A DNA stretch of 64,000 bases, from contig CBDDPY010000002.1 in NCBI GenBank assembly GCA_965232515.1, positions 6,656,001 to 6,720,000 of the forward strand, given 5' to 3'. Positions 28,668 through 37,665 of the stretch are shown here, piece after piece. The notes beneath the pieces were generated by a model. The model ran no database searches and was not told the origin of the DNA. It worked only from the letters and a program-made list of their open reading frames with translations. The position numbers were made by a program, and so were the translations under genes. The first letter of the stretch is position 1. Each line of letters begins with the position of its first letter. This stretch comes from Alphaproteobacteria bacterium. Lineage in GTDB: Bacteria > Pseudomonadota > Alphaproteobacteria > GCA-2731375.

Positions 28668-29978
28668 TTAGCGCTTGATCCGGATCAGTTCTTCCAGCAT
28701 GTCGTCGGCGGTGGTGATGATCCGCGAACTGGCCGAATAGGCCCGCTGGGTGGTGATCATGTTGGTAAACTCCTCGGCCAGATCGACCGTGGACGCTTCC
28801 AGCGCATTCGGCGCGATCTTGCCGGCCGTCCCGATCCCCGCTTCCTGTAGGTTGAACGGTCCGGACGTATCGGTGGAAATGAAGGCGTTCCCCTGTTTGT
28901 TCCCCAGCCCGTTCGGATTGGGGAAGATGGCCACCGGCAGCTTGTAGATCTGCTGCTGATTGCCGTTGTCGAAGAGCGCGGTGACGATGCCCTCCTCGTC
29001 GATCGAGACGCCGGCGAGCGCGCCGAAGACGGCGCCGTCGACCGAGGTTTCGATCAGCTCGGAGGCGGACGCGAACTGCGTGACGCCATCGGTGGTGCCG
29101 ATGGTGCCGTAGTCGAAGGTGATGGCCTGCGGCGTGGTGATGCCAAGGCCGGCGGCCCAGTTGACCGAAATGCTCGACAGTGCCGTCGGCACGGTATTCA
29201 GGCTGCCATCAGTGTTGAACACGAGGTTTCCGGAAGCGATCAAGCCGTTGGTGCCGGTGGTGTCGGTCGCCGGGCTGGAGATCACTTCGACCGACCAGGT
29301 GTTGGTCGCGGTCTTCAGGAAGGCCATGCGGACGGTTCGGGCGCCGCCCTGGGAGTCGATCACCTCGATGCTGCGCTCGAAATGCGGCGTCGTGGTGCCG
29401 GCCGCCATATCGCCCACGGTGTAGCCGGCGGAGACGGCCTGCGAGGCTTCGAGGTTGGCCTTGACCGACGCCGTGGTGGTGGACATGGCCGAGCCGGTGA
29501 TGGCGTTCAGGTTAATGGTCTGTAACACCGTCAGGTCGCTGCGGTTGGTCGGAATGTTGCCGCTGGCGTCGATCGGCCAGCCCTGCAGGTAGAGCCCGGC
29601 GGCATTGCGCAGGAAGCCGTTCTGGTCGGCGGTGAACTGGCCGGCCCGCGTATACATGTAGGTGCCGGTGGTCGCCGAAGGCTGAGCCAGCGTGTTAACG
29701 ACAAAGAAACCATTGCCCGAGATTGCAATGTCGGTCGGGGAGATCGACGATTGCAGCAAGCCCTGCCGGTCGATCAACGAGTTCGGCGCCGACTTCACGC
29801 CGCCCGGCGAATAGGCCGAGGCCGACCGCGTCGCCGTGACCAGCGTCGAAAACGAGGCCCGCGTGGTCTTGTAGCCGACCGTGTTCACGTTCGAGATGTT
29901 GTCGGCGATCATGCCGAGCGACTGGCTGTTCGCCGCCAGACCCGAGACGCCGGAAAACATTGCGCCATAAATGCTCAT
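28668..29978 (-). CDS. flgE: Flagellar hook protein FlgE
   Basis: SGVSGL..IADNISNVNTVGYK, YTRAGQF and LEASTVDLAEEFTNMITTQRAY. Confidence 0.96.
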   Translation of the reverse strand: MSIYGAMFSGVSGLAANSQSLGMIADNISNVNTVGYKTTRASFSTLVTATRSASAYSPGGVKSAPNSLIDRQGLLQSSISPTDIAISGNGFFVVNTLAQPSATTGTYMYTRAGQFTADQNGFLRNAAGLYLQGWPIDASGNIPTNRSDLTVLQTINLNAITGSAMSTTTASVKANLEASQAVSAGYTVGDMAAGTTTPHFERSIEVIDSQGGARTVRMAFLKTATNTWSVEVISSPATDTTGTNGLIASGNLVFNTDGSLNTVPTALSSISVNWAAGLGITTPQAITFDYGTIGTTDGVTQFASASELIETSVDGAVFGALAGVSIDEEGIVTALFDNGNQQQIYKLPVAIFPNPNGLGNKQGNAFISTDTSGPFNLQEAGIGTAGKIAPNALEASTVDLAEEFTNMITTQRAYSASSRIITTADDMLEELIRIKR

Positions 29979-30062
29979 CCTAAGCTCCTTCGTTGTGCCG
30001 CCTGTTCAACGAGCTGGCGGCCAATGCCATTGTCCCTACCGGTAAGCGTGCGTTCTGCGCGA

Positions 30063-30728
30063 TCAGCTTTCGGCTGATGGTTCGGTAACCTTGATTACGT
30101 TCGAGAGCTCGACCAGACCGTCGCCGACCAGCAGAACGGGTATGCCTTCGATGGTCTGGACGCCCGTTACGCGGCCGACGATGGAGGTACCGACACCGAT
30201 CGAATTGCCGTCGGCGTCGACCGCGCTGACGTCGATCGTGTACGTCCCGTCGGGCAGCGTCTCGCCCGAATTGTCCTTGCCGTCCCAGACGAATTCGTGG
30301 ACGCCGGCGTCGGTCTCGCCGGTGGTCGCGTAGACCAGCTTGCCGTCCGCGTCGGTAATCGTGATCGACGTGCGATCGGCGTCGCTCTCTACGCCGTATT
30401 TCCAGACCGCCTTGCCGTCGGCCAGCAGGGTGGTCCGCGACAGGGCTTCGATGTCCTTGCCGATATAGTTCACGGCGGCCGACGTCTGTTCCGCCAGCAT
30501 CAGGCCGAGAACGGATTCCAAATTCTTGTTGGTGGCGATCGACTGCTCGACCTCGGTGAACTGGACAAGCTGTTCGGTGAACTGGGCCGAGTCCATCGGG
30601 TCCAGCGGATCCTGGTTCTGCAACTGGGTCGTCAGCAGCGTCAGAAACGTGTCGAACGTGTCCGACAAGCTGGCGCTGGCGGCGGACGAGGCGCTGTTGG
30701 TCGTGGCGCCGATACCGGTGATGTCCAC
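30063..30728 (-). CDS. flgD: Hook capping protein FlgD
   Basis: FLTLLTTQLQNQDPLDPMD and FVWDGKD. Confidence 0.95.
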   Translation of the reverse strand: MDITGIGATTNSASSAASASLSDTFDTFLTLLTTQLQNQDPLDPMDSAQFTEQLVQFTEVEQSIATNKNLESVLGLMLAEQTSAAVNYIGKDIEALSRTTLLADGKAVWKYGVESDADRTSITITDADGKLVYATTGETDAGVHEFVWDGKDNSGETLPDGTYTIDVSAVDADGNSIGVGTSIVGRVTGVQTIEGIPVLLVGDGLVELSNVIKVTEPSAES

Positions 30729-30741
30729 GTATCAGTCTCCT

Positions 30742-32172
30742 CTAGACGCTGATATCCAATAGGCCGTCGGGCCGGGATGCCGCCGGCGTGCCGGCGAGGT
30801 CGATATCGCCAGCTTCCGGTTCCATGTCGGCGTCGGCGCCATTGCCGCTCGCGGTCTGCTGGCCGTCGGCGCCGTCATGTCTGAGCGAGAAGCTCAAGCC
30901 GCCCGAATTCGTCTGCAGGCCCGCGTCCTGTAGGGCGCGTTCCAGGCCGCGTTGATCGCGTTGCAGCAGGTCCAGTGTTTCCTGCTTGTCGGCCGTGACG
31001 ACGGCGATCACGCGACCGTCATGGCCGACGTCCATCTTCACGTCGACCCGGCCGAGCTCGGCCGGATTCAGACGAACCTGTATCTGATTGATCCCATCCT
31101 GGGCCGCCCGGGCGATCTGCACCGCGACCTGCATGGTCGGTCCCTGCATGTTGGCGGCCGGCCGTGACGGCGAGGCCGCCGCGGTCGACGATTGGCTGCC
31201 GCCTGCGGTATCCGCCGTCGCGTTGGCGCCAACGCCGGCTGTCGGTGTTGTCCCGCCACCGCCGGATGCCGCGTCGACGGTCTGGTTCACCGCGGCATGT
31301 GCGGCCCCGGACGTGGTCGACGCCAGCAGATTGGCCTTCGCGAGGTTCTGCACGTGAGGTAGCTCGGCCTGACCCGGGTTCCCGCCTGCGTTCGGCGGCG
31401 TGGTCGGCTGTCCGGCCGGGGCCGGCATGCCCGCATTGCCGGTCGGTGCGCCGGCGAAGGCCGGCACCGTGGCGTTGGACGTGTTGGTGGCGGTTGACGT
31501 GGCGTTGGTGGTCCCGGCCGTTGTTGCCGGAATGGCCGGATCCGCATCCGCCGTCGTTATTGTCGGCTGCGTACCTGTCGTCACCGCCGCCGTTGTCGTT
31601 GGCGTCGTCGTCGATGCGGCCGGCTTCGCGGCGGCCTTCGGCTCGGATTGACCCGCCGCCGGTTTTTGGGCGTTGGCGGCGCCGGTCGCCGATGCAAGCG
31701 CCGCGCCGGCCTCGGCGGCGGCGGGCGTCGACGCGGCGACGGCAGGCTTGCTGCCGGCCGCGTTGGCCGTGTCGGCGCTGTTCGGCAGGCCGGCGGCTTG
31801 GCCAGGCGCTGCTACCGGTTCCGTTTGCGGCGGCATGCCGCTGGCCGGTTCGTTGGTCGCGACAGGTTGCTGCGGCTTGCCGGCCGCGGTTTCGCTCTTC
31901 GGCTTAGCGGGAGCTTGCGTCTGATCGCCGCTTTGCGCCGCCGCGTCGGCCTTGGCCGGCTGATCGGATTCGGATTTGACGGTCGTTTGCGCGTCCGTCT
32001 TCGGTTCCGATTGCTGGTCTTGGCGAGCGGCCGGCCGCTCGGTCTCGCGCGCGTCGCTGTCCGGGTTCTTGTGAACCTCGGTCAGAACATCGGAAAACTG
32101 GTCTTCAGACCCCGGCTGACCGTTTACCTTTGGCGGCGGCGGGGCGGTCGGGGCGACGGGCAAGACGTTCAT
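30742..32172 (-). CDS. fliK: Hook-length control protein FliK
   Basis: Ala/Thr/Pro-rich N-terminus and C-terminal RLNPAELGRVDV...LERALQDAGL. ATG at 32172 chosen because the sigma54 promoter lies at 32220-32234. Confidence 0.9.
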   Translation of the reverse strand: MNVLPVAPTAPPPPKVNGQPGSEDQFSDVLTEVHKNPDSDARETERPAARQDQQSEPKTDAQTTVKSESDQPAKADAAAQSGDQTQAPAKPKSETAAGKPQQPVATNEPASGMPPQTEPVAAPGQAAGLPNSADTANAAGSKPAVAASTPAAAEAGAALASATGAANAQKPAAGQSEPKAAAKPAASTTTPTTTAAVTTGTQPTITTADADPAIPATTAGTTNATSTATNTSNATVPAFAGAPTGNAGMPAPAGQPTTPPNAGGNPGQAELPHVQNLAKANLLASTTSGAAHAAVNQTVDAASGGGGTTPTAGVGANATADTAGGSQSSTAAASPSRPAANMQGPTMQVAVQIARAAQDGINQIQVRLNPAELGRVDVKMDVGHDGRVIAVVTADKQETLDLLQRDQRGLERALQDAGLQTNSGGLSFSLRHDGADGQQTASGNGADADMEPEAGDIDLAGTPAASRPDGLLDISV

Positions 32173-32219
32173 ACTGACACCAGGTTGCTCGCACTGCGGA
32201 ATCGATTGGCCGCACACAA

Positions 32220-32353
32220 GCAAGGGTCAGGCCAAGCAGTCTCCAATTTAAGTTGTTGAAATCATTGGGTAAGCGCCGCCTTGTCGATCAATCGCGGGCG
32301 GCAGCTTCGACCGGTCCGGCAGAACCTGCCGAGCCTGCGGGTGGTTTTTGCCG
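32220..32353 (-). promoter_or_regulatory. fliK sigma54 promoter, IHF-like site and ftr (FlbD) enhancers
   Basis: Minus strand TGGC-CT-GACCC-TTGC (32234-32220); TTTCAACAACTTA (32261-32249); palindrome CGGCAG-AAC-CTGCCG (32317-32331); second ftr-like site at 32339-32353. Confidence 0.75.
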
Positions 32354-32380
32354 GGAGGTCTTCACAACCCGTCAGCCCGC

Positions 32381-32396
32381 GTTAACGGATTATTAG
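32381..32396. promoter_or_regulatory. CtrA-like box upstream of the Sel1 gene
   Basis: GTTAA-CGGATTA-TTAG. Confidence 0.6.
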
Positions 32397-32482
32397 TCAA
32401 ACGTCACACATGATTAGGGTTAATGCGACCTTTCGCCGGTCTGGGCGGGTCGCGCGTCGTCGTACCAGAAGGAACCGTTCAA

Positions 32483-33175
32483 ATGTCGAATGCGGATTCT
32501 GCGACAGAGGCCTATGACCGCGGTGATTTCGCCACGGCGATGGAAGAATGGCGCCAGCGTGCCGATGCGGGTGACGTTGAGGCACAGGTCAATCTCGGCT
32601 TCATGTACAGCAGCGGCAATGGCGTTGAGCAGGACTTCGCGAAAGCACATGCGTTGTTTAGCAAGGCGGCGGAGCAGGGTCACCGCGAGGCCGAGTATAG
32701 TCTTGGGGTCCTGTACGGAACCGGACTCGGTATCGAGCACGACAGCGCCGAGGCGGCCTATTGGTTCACAAGGGCGAGCGACAAAGGGCACTCGTCAGCG
32801 ATGTGCAACCTGGCCTCTCTCTATGAACGCGGCGAGGGCGTGACCCAGGATTTCGTCAAGGCGGTCGAGCTTTACGGCAAGGCGGCGGAATCCGGCAATG
32901 TCGTGGCGATCTTCAATCTCGGCGTGATGTGTGAGAACGGGGTCGGGGTCGCGCAAAACTTCGAGCGTGCGATTGAGTTCTACCGCGCAGCGGCGGATGT
33001 CGAGTTCCCGCCGGCGCAATACAATCTTGGCGTTTTGCTGGCCCAGGGCTTGGGCACCGACGTCGACCTCGACGGCGCGAAGGTGTGGTTCAAGCGGGCG
33101 GCCGACCACGGCTACGAGCTGGCGCAACGCAATCTTGACATGCTGGCGGAAGACAAAGCGGCGGCGGCGCGCTGA
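32483..33175 (+). CDS. Sel1-like repeat (SLR) protein
   Basis: Five AQxNLGxxY..G.GV.QD...A..W/Y..AA..G repeats. ATG at 32483 after AAGGAA; no signal peptide evident. Confidence 0.9.
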   Translation: MSNADSATEAYDRGDFATAMEEWRQRADAGDVEAQVNLGFMYSSGNGVEQDFAKAHALFSKAAEQGHREAEYSLGVLYGTGLGIEHDSAEAAYWFTRASDKGHSSAMCNLASLYERGEGVTQDFVKAVELYGKAAESGNVVAIFNLGVMCENGVGVAQNFERAIEFYRAAADVEFPPAQYNLGVLLAQGLGTDVDLDGAKVWFKRAADHGYELAQRNLDMLAEDKAAAAR

Positions 33176-33290
33176 GCTCAGCGGCGTTCGTTTCCCGCCG
33201 ATTTCGTCGTCCGACGGTCCTGGCCGTCGTTTCTCAGCCGTTCCCGGCAATACCGCGGTCCGAACGGACTGGCGGCGCCCGCGACAGACT

Positions 33291-33305
33291 TGGCCTCAGG
33301 CTTGC
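33291..33305 (+). promoter_or_regulatory. Sigma54 promoter of flgK
   Basis: TGGC-CT-CAGGC-TTGC; ftr-like sites downstream at 33446-33460 (CGGCAGCATTTGCCC) and 33487-33501. Confidence 0.75.
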
Positions 33306-33538
33306 AAGTCAGGCAGCAGTGAAACTGAAATCCTGTCGGTGGAGCTCTGCCCTCGTCATGACTGCGACGAAAATAATTCAATCGCGACGGCCAGTTAGCA
33401 ATAGGCCGCGCATCGAGGTGCGCCGCCGGCCATCGGCCAATCGGGCGGCAGCATTTGCCCATGCGCGGCGGTCGGTTGCCGGTCGGTGGCAGCTTCTTCC
33501 CAGCGCGATGCCGACGCCAGCTTCCGAGGTCTGAACCC

Positions 33539-35650
33539 ATGTCACTGGATGCCGTATTGCGCTCCGCAATTACCGGCCTGAATGCAAGCCAGGCAGCGCT
33601 GCGCGTCACGTCGACCAACATCGCGAACGTCAACACCCCAGGGTATGCGCGTCAGGAGGTGCAGTTCGCCACCACCGTGGTCGGCAACGAGACGGCCGGC
33701 GTCGAGATCAGCGGTATTCGCCGCATCGTCGACGCCTTTCTGCAAGGCGAACTCGTCAACGCCACCGCCAACGCCTCATACCACGAGCGGCAGGCCGAGC
33801 TGCACGACAAGCTGCAAACAGTGCTGGGCCGGCCCGATGGCGGCAACACGCTGGCCGCGCGCCTCGACAAGATGTTTGCCTCGTTGGCCGAGACCGCGGT
33901 CGAGCCCAGCGATATCGCGCGTCGCATCGGCGCCGTGAGCGACATTCAGACACTGGCCGACGACATCGACAGGATCGCCCGGCAGGTCAACACGCTGCGC
34001 GCCGACGCCGACCGTCAGATCGCCAGCGACATCAACACGATCAACGCGGCGCTGGAAGAGATCTTCGAGCTGAACCCGCTGATTAACGAGCAGATGCTTA
34101 TCGGCGGCGAGACGTCGGGTCTGGAGGAGCGCCGTCAGCAGGCGATCAACCGGATCGCCGACATCGTCGATATCCGCGTCATCACGCAGCCGGATGGCTT
34201 CGTCAACATCGCCACCCGATCCGGTCTCGTGCTGCTCGACAAGACGCAGCGGCAGCTGCAGTACACGCCGAACGGCCAGGTCGACACCTCGAGCCAGTTC
34301 AACCAGATCACCGTCAACAAGGTGGATTCCATCACCGGGGTCGTGGCCTCGACCGGCGATCCACTCTATCCGGGCCTCCGCTCCGGCAGTCTCAAGGGGC
34401 TGCTCGACATGCGCGACAAGGAGCTGCCGGAGATCCTGAGTTCCCTCGGCGAGTTGTCTTCGCGCGTGATCGACCAGCTGAATGCGGCCCATAACGACAA
34501 TTCGCGCGTGCCGGCGCCGAATGCGCTGACCGGCCGCAACGTCGGCGCGTTGGGAACCGATCCGCACGGCTTCACCGGCGATGCGACCTTCGTGGTGCTC
34601 GACGCCAACAACGAGATCGTGTCGCAGTACACCGTCAACCTGGACAATCCGGCGCTGGTTACGCTGAACGATGTGATTGCGGATGTGAACGGCAATCTGA
34701 CAGGCGGCACGCTGGCGCTCACCAACGGCGTCATGAGCCTGACGGCGACGGCCGGCACCAACGGGGTCGCCATTCAGCAATCCGCCGCCGATCCCAGCAG
34801 CCGCGGCGGGCGCGGCTTCGCCCACTACTTCGGCATGAACGATCTGATGGAGGCCCGTGGGCCCGCCCACTTCGATACCGGCCTGACCACGGCGGCGGGG
34901 CACGGTTTCGGCGCCACCGGCACGGTGTCGATCTCGCTGCAGGGGCCGGGCGCACAAGTTGCCACGACCTATACGCTGAACTTTGCGTCGGTCGGCGGCA
35001 CCGTCAACAACGTGCTTTCCGACCTGAACACCAACTTCGCCGGTTTCGCGACCTTCGGGCTCGACGGCAACGGCAAGCTGACGGTGACGCCGGCGGCAGG
35101 CTTCGGGGATTATGTCATCAACGTCAGCAGCGACAGCACCGGTCGCGGCACGACGGGCGTGACGTTCTCGGAGTTCTTCGGCCTGGGCGAAAGGCACCGT
35201 CAAGACGCGGCCTTCAACGTCAAGCTAAAGGACGCGATCAAGGCCGATCCGAACCTGTTGGCGCTGGCCAAGGTCGACCTGACGGCCGGCGCGGGCGTGC
35301 CGGCGCTGACCACGGGCGACAATCGCGGCGCCTTGGCCCTGCAGGCGGCCGAGACCGCCGCGGTCGGATTCGATGCGGCGGGCGATCTGACCTCGATCAC
35401 CACGACGCTCGCCAGTTATGCCGGTGCGCTTCTCTCGACCGTGGGGCAGGAGGCCGACAAGGTATCGAACCTGTCGCAGGACCGGGAAACGCTGCGGGCC
35501 GAAATTGAAGCCAAGCGCGAGCAGATATCGGGCGTGAACCTGGATGAGGAGCTCGCCAACATGATCATCTACCAGCAGTCCTACAACGCCGCCGCGCGCA
35601 TGATCACCACGGCGAACGAGATGTTCGACGCGCTGTTGAGCGTGACCTGA
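33539..35650 (+). CDS. flgK: Hook-associated protein FlgK
   Basis: TGLNASQ..NIANVNTPGYARQ and SGVNLDEELANMIIYQQSYNAAAR. Confidence 0.96.
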   Translation: MSLDAVLRSAITGLNASQAALRVTSTNIANVNTPGYARQEVQFATTVVGNETAGVEISGIRRIVDAFLQGELVNATANASYHERQAELHDKLQTVLGRPDGGNTLAARLDKMFASLAETAVEPSDIARRIGAVSDIQTLADDIDRIARQVNTLRADADRQIASDINTINAALEEIFELNPLINEQMLIGGETSGLEERRQQAINRIADIVDIRVITQPDGFVNIATRSGLVLLDKTQRQLQYTPNGQVDTSSQFNQITVNKVDSITGVVASTGDPLYPGLRSGSLKGLLDMRDKELPEILSSLGELSSRVIDQLNAAHNDNSRVPAPNALTGRNVGALGTDPHGFTGDATFVVLDANNEIVSQYTVNLDNPALVTLNDVIADVNGNLTGGTLALTNGVMSLTATAGTNGVAIQQSAADPSSRGGRGFAHYFGMNDLMEARGPAHFDTGLTTAAGHGFGATGTVSISLQGPGAQVATTYTLNFASVGGTVNNVLSDLNTNFAGFATFGLDGNGKLTVTPAAGFGDYVINVSSDSTGRGTTGVTFSEFFGLGERHRQDAAFNVKLKDAIKADPNLLALAKVDLTAGAGVPALTTGDNRGALALQAAETAAVGFDAAGDLTSITTTLASYAGALLSTVGQEADKVSNLSQDRETLRAEIEAKREQISGVNLDEELANMIIYQQSYNAAARMITTANEMFDALLSVT

Positions 35651-35670
35651 TCGGTGAGGGGATAGACATC

Positions 35671-36624
35671 ATGACCCGCATTTCCACCTACGGACAGAAT
35701 CAGATCCTGATCACGCAGATGCTGCGCAATCAGGCCGACTTCCAGCAGTCCCAGGTCCAGGTCGCGACCGGCAAGAAGGCGATCAACTTCCAGGGTTTCG
35801 CCAACGAGTCGAGCGCGCTTCTCAGCGCGAAGACGGTACAGACCCAGACGAAGACCTATATCGGATCGAACCAGCAGCTGATGCAGCGGCTCGAGCTCTA
35901 TAACCTCTCGCTCGGCGAGATCGGCAATATCGCCGATACACTGCGCGAGGACATGATCAAGGCGGTTAACCTGAACTCGGGCCTCGGCCTCATCGACAAA
36001 GTCGAGTCGCAGCTCGACCGGCTGATCAGCCAGCTCTCGACGACCTACGAAGGAAAGTTCATCTTTGCCGGCAACTCGTCCGAGACCAACCCGATCAACA
36101 TCAGCGACACCGCCAGCCTGCTCGCCCTGCCGGCCTCGGCGAACGCGTTTCAGAACAGCCAGCTGAAGCCCAGCCTCTCGGTCGATGAGAACCAGACGCT
36201 GGAATATGGCGTGCTGGCCGACGACGCGGCAGGCGGGGTGTTGGAGGCGATGTACCGCATTCTGCAGTTCGAGAACGGCACCCTGCCGACCGGCGCCGGG
36301 GCGTTCGCGCCGGCCGGCAGCTTCAGCGACCCGCTGACGCCGAACCAGCGCGATTTCATCATCTCGGAACTGACCAACGCGGTCGCGGGCATTGACGCGG
36401 CGCGCCAGGCAGAGGCCAAGAACGGCGTCAACCTGCAGATGATCGACCGGTTGATCGACCGTCAGAGCGAGGAGCTCGGGTTTCTCGGCACGTTCATCCA
36501 CGATATCGAGGACATCGATGCCGCCACGGCGATCTCCAAGCTGAACCAGGATCAGACGACGCTCGAGGCCTCGCTGCAGACCATCGCGCGCCTGAACCAG
36601 ATCACGCTTCTGCAGTTCATCTAG
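35671..36624 (+). CDS. flgL: Hook-associated protein FlgL
   Basis: MTRIST, QVATGKK, GKFIFAG and EDIDAATAISKL; directly after flgK. Confidence 0.88.
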   Translation: MTRISTYGQNQILITQMLRNQADFQQSQVQVATGKKAINFQGFANESSALLSAKTVQTQTKTYIGSNQQLMQRLELYNLSLGEIGNIADTLREDMIKAVNLNSGLGLIDKVESQLDRLISQLSTTYEGKFIFAGNSSETNPINISDTASLLALPASANAFQNSQLKPSLSVDENQTLEYGVLADDAAGGVLEAMYRILQFENGTLPTGAGAFAPAGSFSDPLTPNQRDFIISELTNAVAGIDAARQAEAKNGVNLQMIDRLIDRQSEELGFLGTFIHDIEDIDAATAISKLNQDQTTLEASLQTIARLNQITLLQFI

Positions 36625-36645
36625 CCACTCGGGGATTGAACGCTT

Positions 36646-37665
36646 ATGACGGCGCAGGACATTCAGATCGGCGGGATCGACCTGGTTACCGGCGGCGCCG
36701 GTTTCATCGGCAGCCATTTGGTCGACCGCCTGTTGGCCGACGGCCGGCGGGTGCGCGTCATCGACAGTTTCGTCTCCGGTGGGCCGCACAATCTGGCCCA
36801 CCTGAAGGATGATGCCAGGCTTGACCTGCGGCAGATCGACATCCGCGACCGCGCGGCGACCATGGCGGCGGCGTCGGGCTGCGAGCGGGTGTTCCATCTC
36901 GCGGCGCTGGCTGACATCGTGCCGTCGATCCAGATGCCGGACGCCTATCACGACACCAATGTCGGCGGCACCTTCAACGTGCTGCAGGCGGCGCGCGAAG
37001 CCGGGGCGAAGCGCTTCGTTTACGCCGCCTCAAGCTCCTGCTACGGCATCCCCGACACTTATCCGACGCCGGAGACGGCCGAGATCCGGCCGCAATACCC
37101 CTATGCCCTGACCAAGTATCTGGGCGAGCAGATGGTGCTGCATTGGGGTCAGGTCTACGGGCTGCCCGTGGTGTCGCTGCGTTTCTTCAACGTCTACGGT
37201 CCGCGGTCGCGCACCTCAGGCGCTTATGGCGCGGTGTTCGGCGTGTTCCTGGCTCAGATTCTGGCCGGCCAACCGCTGACCGTCGTCGGCGATGGCGAGC
37301 AGACGCGCGATTTCACCTTTGTCGGCGATATCGCCGACGCGGTGGCGACGGCGGCGGCGAGCGACGTCTCGGGTGCCGTATTCAATGTCGGCACCGGTCG
37401 TGACGTCAGCGTCAACCGCCTGGTGGCGCTGCTGGGAGCGGCCGACAAGGTTCATCTGCCGAAACGTCCGGGCGAGCCGGACTGCACGCTGGCCGATGTG
37501 CGTCTGATCCGCGAGCGGTTGGGCTGGCAGGCCAGCACGCCGATCGAGGACGGCGTCGCCGTGATGCTGAAGAATATCGATTATTGGCGCGCGGCGCCGG
37601 TTTGGACGGCCGACAAGATCGCCGACGCGACGAAGGACTGGTTCCGCTACCTGTCCGACGGCTGA
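36646..37665 (+). CDS. NAD-dependent nucleotide-sugar epimerase/dehydratase (extended SDR)
   Basis: [36 protein letters not shown] and GDGEQTRDF. Confidence 0.92.
   Translation: MTAQDIQIGGIDLVTGGAGFIGSHLVDRLLADGRRVRVIDSFVSGGPHNLAHLKDDARLDLRQIDIRDRAATMAAASGCERVFHLAALADIVPSIQMPDAYHDTNVGGTFNVLQAAREAGAKRFVYAASSSCYGIPDTYPTPETAEIRPQYPYALTKYLGEQMVLHWGQVYGLPVVSLRFFNVYGPRSRTSGAYGAVFGVFLAQILAGQPLTVVGDGEQTRDFTFVGDIADAVATAAASDVSGAVFNVGTGRDVSVNRLVALLGAADKVHLPKRPGEPDCTLADVRLIRERLGWQASTPIEDGVAVMLKNIDYWRAAPVWTADKIADATKDWFRYLSDG

Noticed and set aside
31100-32100. Low-complexity Ala/Thr/Pro repeats
   Set aside because: Normal for the FliK ruler region.
8141-35203. Many long overlapping ORFs (e.g. 8325-10877, 18939-21719, 24711-26969, 33776-35203)
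   Set aside because: Arg/Ala/Pro-rich alternative-frame or antisense shadows of recognisable genes, expected at high GC.
35671-36624. Flagellin
   Set aside because: Position after flgK and the MTRIST / FIFAG motifs indicate FlgL.
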